A stretch of DNA of 64,000 bases from Gammaproteobacteria bacterium (GTDB lineage Bacteria; Pseudomonadota; Gammaproteobacteria; Eutrophobiales; Eutrophobiaceae). Below, piece after piece: positions 58,186 to 64,000 of this stretch. The notes beneath the pieces were generated by a model that ran no database searches, had not been told where the DNA came from, and saw only the letters and a list, made by a program, of their open reading frames with translations. How positions within the stretch are numbered: the stretch's first letter is position 1; each line of letters starts with the position of its first letter. A program made the position numbers and the translations under genes. The stretch is taken from positions 96,001 to 160,000 of the forward strand of contig OZ220696.1 in the NCBI GenBank assembly GCA_965116495.1, read 5' to 3'.

Positions 58186-58292
58186 CGCAGATAATATAAG
58201 AATTCTTTGCTCCAAGGGTTGGTGTTATCGTAATCAGAAAACCTCTGAAGATTTATGTTTTGTATCTGCGTACATCTGCGTTATCTGCGGAT
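58172..58292. mobile_element. Second family-D element (CGCAGAT / ATCTGCG arms)
   Basis: ATCCACAGATTAACGCAGATAATATAAGAATT ... ATCTGCGTACATCTGCGTTATCTGCGGAT. Confidence 0.7.
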
Positions 58293-58308
58293 GAAATAAA
58301 CAACCGGT

Positions 58309-61300
58309 ATGCACGCGAGTCCTCTGCAGCCTGAAGTTCCCGCGGGCAAGGGACAGCCGGTAGTGTGGGAGCGGCTGCACGGAAGCGGCAAAGCATTGGC
58401 AATCGCGTCCGCTGCAAAGGAAAATACAGCGCTGTTTATCGTCATCACTGCGGACCAGTCCGGTACTCACCGGCTCATGGAAGAACTGGCATTTTTCAAC
58501 CCTCCCCGGAGCGGACAGAGATTGCTGTCGTTCCCGGACTGGGAGACCCTGCCGTATGACAGGTTTTCCCCTTACCAGGATATTGTTTCGGACCGGCTGG
58601 CGACACTGGTGGAATTGCGTAATATTCGCACAGGCATCCTGGTCGTCCCAGTTTCCACCTTGATGCACCGGCTGCTGCCCGCTGATTACCTGCTGCCGCA
58701 TAGCCTGTTTTTACGGACCGGGCAGACCCTGGAAACGGATGTCTTCAGACAGGAACTGGTCAATAACGGTTATCGCAACGTATCCCAGGTGATGGAGCAC
58801 GGGGACGTTGCGGCAAGAGGTTCGATACTTGATGTCTATCCTATGGGTTCCGATGTGCCTTACCGGCTGGACCTGTTCGATGACGAAATCGACAGTATCC
58901 GGATGTTTGACATCGAAACCCAGCGGTCCCTGGAAAAAACGCAGGAAATCAGGATATTGCCTGCCAGGGAAGTGCCTTTAACCACTTCAGCCATAGAGAA
59001 CTTCCGGAGTAACTGGCGCTTGAGGTTTGAGGGAAACCCCGCTCTCTGCCCGATTTATACCGACGTCAGCAACGGGATTGCCCCGGCAGGAATCGAATAT
59101 TACCTGCCCCTGTTTTATTCGCATTCCGGTAGCCTGGTCGATTATTTCCCGGCAAACCCGACAGTCATGCTGGATGAGGGTGTGTATCACGCGGCGCTGG
59201 ATTTCCGGGATATGGCAGAGACCCGTTATGAACAGGGAAAACACGACGCTGAACGGCCCCTGCTGTCACCGGATGAAGTATTTTATCCCACCGATGAGGT
59301 GTTCGGCCTGCTGGCGGCATACCCGCAGATTCATATCGGTAATACCGGCATTGATGCCGGCGGGAGCAAAACGGTTACCTTCAATACCGGGGTTCCAAAA
59401 AAACTCCCCGTTAACGTGCGCGCACAAGCTCCCCTGGCTGTTTTTCACCGTTTCATGGACGAATTTGCGGGACGCATGCTGATTGTGGCGGAATCGGTCG
59501 GCCGCCGGGAAACTATTATGGAATTATTCCGCGCTGAAAAAACCAGGCCGGTCCTGTGCAGGGACTGGAATGAGTTCATGGCGCAGGAAGTGCGCTTCGG
59601 TTTGACCGTAGGGCCGCTGGAACGGGGTGCGGTGCTGGAACAACCCAGTCTTGCCGTGCTGAGCGAATCCCAGTTGTTCGGCGAGCGGGCGCAGCAGCGC
59701 CGCCTGCGCAAGAAACGCCGGCAACTTACCGATTCGATCGTCAGTAATCTAACGGAACTGGCGCTTGGCGCACCGGTTGTCCATGAAGAACATGGGGTGG
59801 GCCGTTACCGCGGGTTGCTGACCCTGACGGTGAATGATATTGAAGCCGAGTTTATCTGCCTGGAATATGACCAGGGGGACAAGTTATACGTACCGGTGGC
59901 CGCGCTGGACCAGGTCAGCCGGTTCGTCGGTGTGGATGCGGAACACGCACCGTTGCACCGCCTGGGCAGCGGCCAGTGGCAGAAGACGAAACGCAAGGCC
60001 CTGACCAGGGTTTATGACGTGGCTGCGGAATTGCTGGAACTGCACGCCCGCAGGGCGGCGCTCAACGGTAATGTGTTCAGCGTCGACAATAATACCTACC
60101 AGGCATTTGCCCAGGACTTCCCTTTTGAGGAGACCCCGGGCCAGGCGGAGGCAATTGCCGGGGTGCTTGATGATATGCGCGCTGCCGTCCCCATGGACCG
60201 GCTCGTTTGCGGTGATTCCGGATTCGGCAAAACGGAAGTGGCGATGCGCGCCGCATTTGTTGCGGTGGAAAACCACAAGCAGGTCGTCATGCTGGCGCCT
60301 ACCACCCTGCTGGCTCAACAGCATTACCAGAATTTCAGGGACCGGTTCGCGGACTGGCCCGTACGGATAGAAGTGCTGTCCAGGTTTGTCTCCAGAAAAG
60401 ATCAGGCCGTGATCGGGGACGACCTGCGCAGCGGCAAAGTCGACATCATCATCGGCACGCATAAACTGCTGCAGGACAGTATTGCCTACAGCAATCTCGG
60501 CCTTGTCATCATTGACGAAGAGCACCGTTTCGGTGTGCGGCAGAAGGAAAAACTGAAGTCGATACGGGCGCAGGTGGACGTATTGACGCTGACTGCGACC
60601 CCGATCCCGCGCACGCTTAACCTGGCGTTATCGGATTTGCGTTCCCTGTCCATCATTGCGACGCCGCCGTCAAAACGGCTGCCGATAAAAATCTTTATCC
60701 GGGAGTGGGATGAGATCTGGCTTATCGAAGCAATATTACGGGAGATCAAGCGGGGAGGGCAGGTTTATTTTGTCCATAACGAAATAAACACCATTGACAA
60801 AACAGCGGCTGAAATTGCCAGGCTGGTGCCGGAGGTCAAGCTCAGGATAGCGCACGGGCAGATGCCGGAAAAGCAGCTGGAGCAGGTGATGTTGGACTTT
60901 TACCATATCAGGTTTAACGTGCTGGTGTGCACGACGATCATCGAGACCGGCATCGACGTGCCCAGCGCCAACACCATCATCATTAACAGGGCAGACAAAT
61001 TCGGCCTGGCTCAACTGTATCAACTGCGCGGCCGGGTCGGGCGTTCGCATCACCGGGCCTACGCCTACCTGGTTACGCCGGATCGACGGGCCGTCAGCGC
61101 CGGCGCGGCAAAACGCTTTGAAGCGATCGAGGCACTTGAGGAACTGGGCATGGGCTTTACCCTGGCTACGCATGATATGGAAATCCGCGGAGTGGGAGAA
61201 ATCCTGGGCGATGAGCAGAGCGGGCAGATCCAGGAGATCGGGTTCGGCCTGTATATGAGTTTGCTGGAACGGGCGGTTTCCTCATTGAAGGACGGGCGCC

Positions 61301-61764
61301 AACCAGACCTGGACCGGCCCCTGGAGCATGGTACCGAGATAGACCTGCATATTCCCGCATTGATTCCGGCTGATTATCTGCCCGATGTTCACGCACGGTT
61401 GATCATGTACAAGCGCATAGCAGGGGCGCAACAGGACGCCGCGTTATGGGACTTGCAGGAGGAGTGTATAGACCGGTTCGGCCTGTTGCCGGAACCCCTG
61501 AAGAACCTGTTTCGCCTGGCCGGGATAAAACAGAGAACACAGCACCTGGGAATACGCAAGATAGACCTGGGAGAGAAGGGCGGCAGGATCCATTTTCGTG
61601 AGAATGCTGATGTGGACAGGGGGAAGCTGATAAACCTGCTCCAGGTAAACCCCCGGTTATATAAACTTGAAGGGGGAGATAAACTGAGGATAAACAACGA
61701 GTTCTCTGATGCACAGACGCGCTTCCAATTCCTCGACGATCTCCTGGACAACCTGGCTTCATAG
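58309..61764 (+). CDS. mfd: Transcription-repair coupling factor
   Basis: PDWETLPYD.FSP, HGVGRY.GL, GFGKTEVA, DEEHRFGV, QLRGRVGRS. Confidence 0.97.
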   Translation: MHASPLQPEVPAGKGQPVVWERLHGSGKALAIASAAKENTALFIVITADQSGTHRLMEELAFFNPPRSGQRLLSFPDWETLPYDRFSPYQDIVSDRLATLVELRNIRTGILVVPVSTLMHRLLPADYLLPHSLFLRTGQTLETDVFRQELVNNGYRNVSQVMEHGDVAARGSILDVYPMGSDVPYRLDLFDDEIDSIRMFDIETQRSLEKTQEIRILPAREVPLTTSAIENFRSNWRLRFEGNPALCPIYTDVSNGIAPAGIEYYLPLFYSHSGSLVDYFPANPTVMLDEGVYHAALDFRDMAETRYEQGKHDAERPLLSPDEVFYPTDEVFGLLAAYPQIHIGNTGIDAGGSKTVTFNTGVPKKLPVNVRAQAPLAVFHRFMDEFAGRMLIVAESVGRRETIMELFRAEKTRPVLCRDWNEFMAQEVRFGLTVGPLERGAVLEQPSLAVLSESQLFGERAQQRRLRKKRRQLTDSIVSNLTELALGAPVVHEEHGVGRYRGLLTLTVNDIEAEFICLEYDQGDKLYVPVAALDQVSRFVGVDAEHAPLHRLGSGQWQKTKRKALTRVYDVAAELLELHARRAALNGNVFSVDNNTYQAFAQDFPFEETPGQAEAIAGVLDDMRAAVPMDRLVCGDSGFGKTEVAMRAAFVAVENHKQVVMLAPTTLLAQQHYQNFRDRFADWPVRIEVLSRFVSRKDQAVIGDDLRSGKVDIIIGTHKLLQDSIAYSNLGLVIIDEEHRFGVRQKEKLKSIRAQVDVLTLTATPIPRTLNLALSDLRSLSIIATPPSKRLPIKIFIREWDEIWLIEAILREIKRGGQVYFVHNEINTIDKTAAEIARLVPEVKLRIAHGQMPEKQLEQVMLDFYHIRFNVLVCTTIIETGIDVPSANTIIINRADKFGLAQLYQLRGRVGRSHHRAYAYLVTPDRRAVSAGAAKRFEAIEALEELGMGFTLATHDMEIRGVGEILGDEQSGQIQEIGFGLYMSLLERAVSSLKDGRQPDLDRPLEHGTEIDLHIPALIPADYLPDVHARLIMYKRIAGAQQDAALWDLQEECIDRFGLLPEPLKNLFRLAGIKQRTQHLGIRKIDLGEKGGRIHFRENADVDRGKLINLLQVNPRLYKLEGGDKLRINNEFSDAQTRFQFLDDLLDNLAS

Positions 61765-61800
61765 TGTCATGGGATATCTGCGGGTGCGCCTGGATCCAGG

Positions 61801-63090
61801 CTAAGTGCGTCCCGGCAGAATGAGATTCATGATAATAGCGGTCAGGATTGCAGGGACCAGCCCTGTCTCCATTATGATACGCAATTGTTCGGGGATGCGT
61901 TCGAGAAATCCGGTCTGTTCCGGCAGCCCGATGCCGATGGCGAGGGCCAGGCCGATGATCATCATATTCCGTTGATTGAACTTGGCCAGTCCAATCATCT
62001 TCAGACCCGCTGCAACCACGGAACCGAATAACAGGATCGATACTCCGCCCAGAACCGCGGTCGGCATAGCCCCGATAATTGCTGCCAGTTTGGGAAACAG
62101 GCCGGCTATGATCAGGAAGACGCCGGCCAGGGATACCACATGACGGCTTACTACTCCGGTCAGGGCTATCAGCCCGACATTCTGGCTGTACGTTACCAGC
62201 GGCAGACAGCCGGATAACGACGCCAGGGTGGTGGCACAACCGTCAGCCATCACCCCGCCGGAGATTTCCCTGTCCGTGGGTTCCCTGTTGACACCTGCGA
62301 TAGTCGTGCCGGATATATCGCCGATGGTTTCGGTGATAGCCACCAGTGAAATCAGCACAAAACTGAACACCGCGGCAAATTCGAAGCTCATGCCGAAGGG
62401 GACCGCGACGGGAGTGGCTACCCAGCCGGCGTGGTCCAATGCGCCCAGGTCGATGAATCCCATGAACCAGGCAATGAGGTAACCGGCAATCATGGCGATG
62501 ATGATCGAAACCAGGGAGAGGAATCCCTTGCCGAACTGGTGAATGACGACAGCCGTGACAAGCACTGCTCCGGCAAGCAGCGCATGCCTTGGGGCGCCGA
62601 AGTCGGCGGCATCGGCGCCGCCGAAGGCCATGCTGAAGGCCAGCGGCAGGAGGTTGATGCCGATGAGCAGGATACACAGGCCGGTGATAAGCGGGGGAAA
62701 CAGAAACCGCAGGTGCTTGATGACATACCCGGCAAAGACCAGGAACAGGCCGGCCGCCAGTGCGCCGCCGAAAACGGCGCTCAATCCGATTTTTCCGCCT
62801 ATGGTCACGGCAATACCGATGAAGGCGAAATTGGTGCCGAGGACCAACGGCAGCCTGGCGCCCACCGGGCCTATACCGGCGGATTGCAGCAGGGTTCCCA
62901 GGCCCGACATGAATAACGTTGCCTGGATGATGAGGATTTTGTCTGACGGGCCCAGTCCCAGCGCCTCGGCGACAACGAGCGGCGCGGCAACGGTGCCGGC
63001 AAAGATCGCCAGCATATGCTGGAGTCCCAGTGGTAATGCCTGTAGCGGCGGTAATTTGCCGTGTATGGCTTGTTCTTTGGTGTTATCCAT
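61801..63090 (-). CDS. NCS2-family nucleobase (xanthine/uracil/urate) permease
   Basis: GLQHMLAIF, ET.GD, DG, TYSQNVG.I.LTGV.SR signature, VLGG. Confidence 0.92.
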   Translation of the reverse strand: MDNTKEQAIHGKLPPLQALPLGLQHMLAIFAGTVAAPLVVAEALGLGPSDKILIIQATLFMSGLGTLLQSAGIGPVGARLPLVLGTNFAFIGIAVTIGGKIGLSAVFGGALAAGLFLVFAGYVIKHLRFLFPPLITGLCILLIGINLLPLAFSMAFGGADAADFGAPRHALLAGAVLVTAVVIHQFGKGFLSLVSIIIAMIAGYLIAWFMGFIDLGALDHAGWVATPVAVPFGMSFEFAAVFSFVLISLVAITETIGDISGTTIAGVNREPTDREISGGVMADGCATTLASLSGCLPLVTYSQNVGLIALTGVVSRHVVSLAGVFLIIAGLFPKLAAIIGAMPTAVLGGVSILLFGSVVAAGLKMIGLAKFNQRNMMIIGLALAIGIGLPEQTGFLERIPEQLRIIMETGLVPAILTAIIMNLILPGRT

Positions 63091-63097
63091 GATGATG

Positions 63098-64000
63098 TTA
63101 ATGCAAACCGGGTTCCACCCAGTCCGTAACCAGGTCGCGTAATCCCGCGCGATCGATAAGGTGTCTCGATGCCTGTACGGCATCGGCAATAATCTTGTCC
63201 TGGTCCACCTTGGTAGAGTGACCGTTTTCTACGATGATCTCCCCGTCCACTACAACGTGTCTGACGTCCGAACCGCGGGTGGATAAGGTGAGATTGCATA
63301 CCGGCCTGTGGTTGGGTTGATGGTGTATGCCGTTCATGTCAACGACGATAAAGTCAGCCAATGCGCCCGGTGTCAATGACCCGACATTTTTCCTGAGCAT
63401 CCTGCCGCCGTTCCTGGTTGCCATACATAGCATCAGTTCCGAACTGCTTGCGGCAGGATCCAGTTCCCGCATACGCTGCAGCAATTGCGCGGACTTCATG
63501 GCTTCGAACATATTCTCACCGGCAATGGCTACACCGTCCGAACCTAACGTGATGTTGGCGCCAGCGCTCATTAACGGCCCGAGTTTGATGATGCCCGAAG
63601 CCAGGTACTGGTTGCTGACAGGGTTATGGACGATACTGGCGTTTGCGCCACCCAGCAGTGCTATCTCTTCTTCATCGAACCAGATACCGTGGGCCAGCGT
63701 GATCCGGTCATTGAGAATGCCCTGTTCATGCAACCACCTGGCGGGCCTCACGTTGTATATGGAGGTAAAAATCTCCACTTCAAACCGGGATTCACTGCAG
63801 TGTGAATGCCAGGAAACATCAAGATCCGTTGCCAGTTCGTGGCAGGCAAGCATGAGTTCCGGGTCGACATAAACCACGTTTTCCGGCGCAGGCCAGACCT
63901 CCACCAGTGAGCCGGCGGGTTTTTCCCGGATGCAGTTACGGGTGATTTCGAGTTCTTCGGCACTGGTGTAGCGGAACAGGCGCGGGTCGCTGTTCATGCG
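63098..64000 (-). CDS. Metal-dependent amidohydrolase (MTA/SAH or guanine deaminase-like); 5' end beyond window
   Basis: HSHCSE, LAHGIW, HNPVSN.YL.SG, LGSDG, GSL.PG..AD. Confidence 0.85.
   Translation of the reverse strand, partial: RMNSDPRLFRYTSAEELEITRNCIREKPAGSLVEVWPAPENVVYVDPELMLACHELATDLDVSWHSHCSESRFEVEIFTSIYNVRPARWLHEQGILNDRITLAHGIWFDEEEIALLGGANASIVHNPVSNQYLASGIIKLGPLMSAGANITLGSDGVAIAGENMFEAMKSAQLLQRMRELDPAASSSELMLCMATRNGGRMLRKNVGSLTPGALADFIVVDMNGIHHQPNHRPVCNLTLSTRGSDVRHVVVDGEIIVENGHSTKVDQDKIIADAVQASRHLIDRAGLRDLVTDWVEPGLH

Overview
A ~64 kb chromosomal segment of a moderately GC-rich gammaproteobacterium (taxon inferred from gene order: gmk-rpoZ; yciB-bolA; yciO-trpS-scpA-scpB-rluB; tpiA-secG-tRNA-Leu; pyrC-rnt; gyrA-serC-pheA-hisC-tyrA-aroA-cmk-rpsA-ihfB-lapA; mfd). 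Accessory content in the housekeeping backbone: (i) a two-gene STAND/NLR-like module (P-loop ATPase plus ATPase-wHTH-TPR) whose stop overlaps the gmk start and which has a triple-repeat operator; (ii) a purine catabolism/salvage cluster (deaminase, uraH, xdhABC, puuD, two head-to-head PRTase paralogs, a non-canonical IMPDH/GMPR-family enzyme, a TonB-dependent receptor), interrupted by a Schlafen/AlbA_2-GHKL gene and by a 1.6 kb eroded islet bounded by a 39-bp duplication of the IMPDH-like gene's 3' end; (iii) a DUF4160/DUF2442 pair and a truncated Tat amidase after tRNA-Leu; (iv) at least seven families of small palindromic or structured non-autonomous repeats. Several of these repeats supply stop codons, an RBS or N-termini to neighbouring genes, some are translated in-frame inside PurL, XdhC and XdhB, and one forms a 72-bp tandem array with a nested inverted copy. 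No transposase, integrase, CRISPR array or rRNA was seen. All functional calls come from motif recognition by eye, not database searches.
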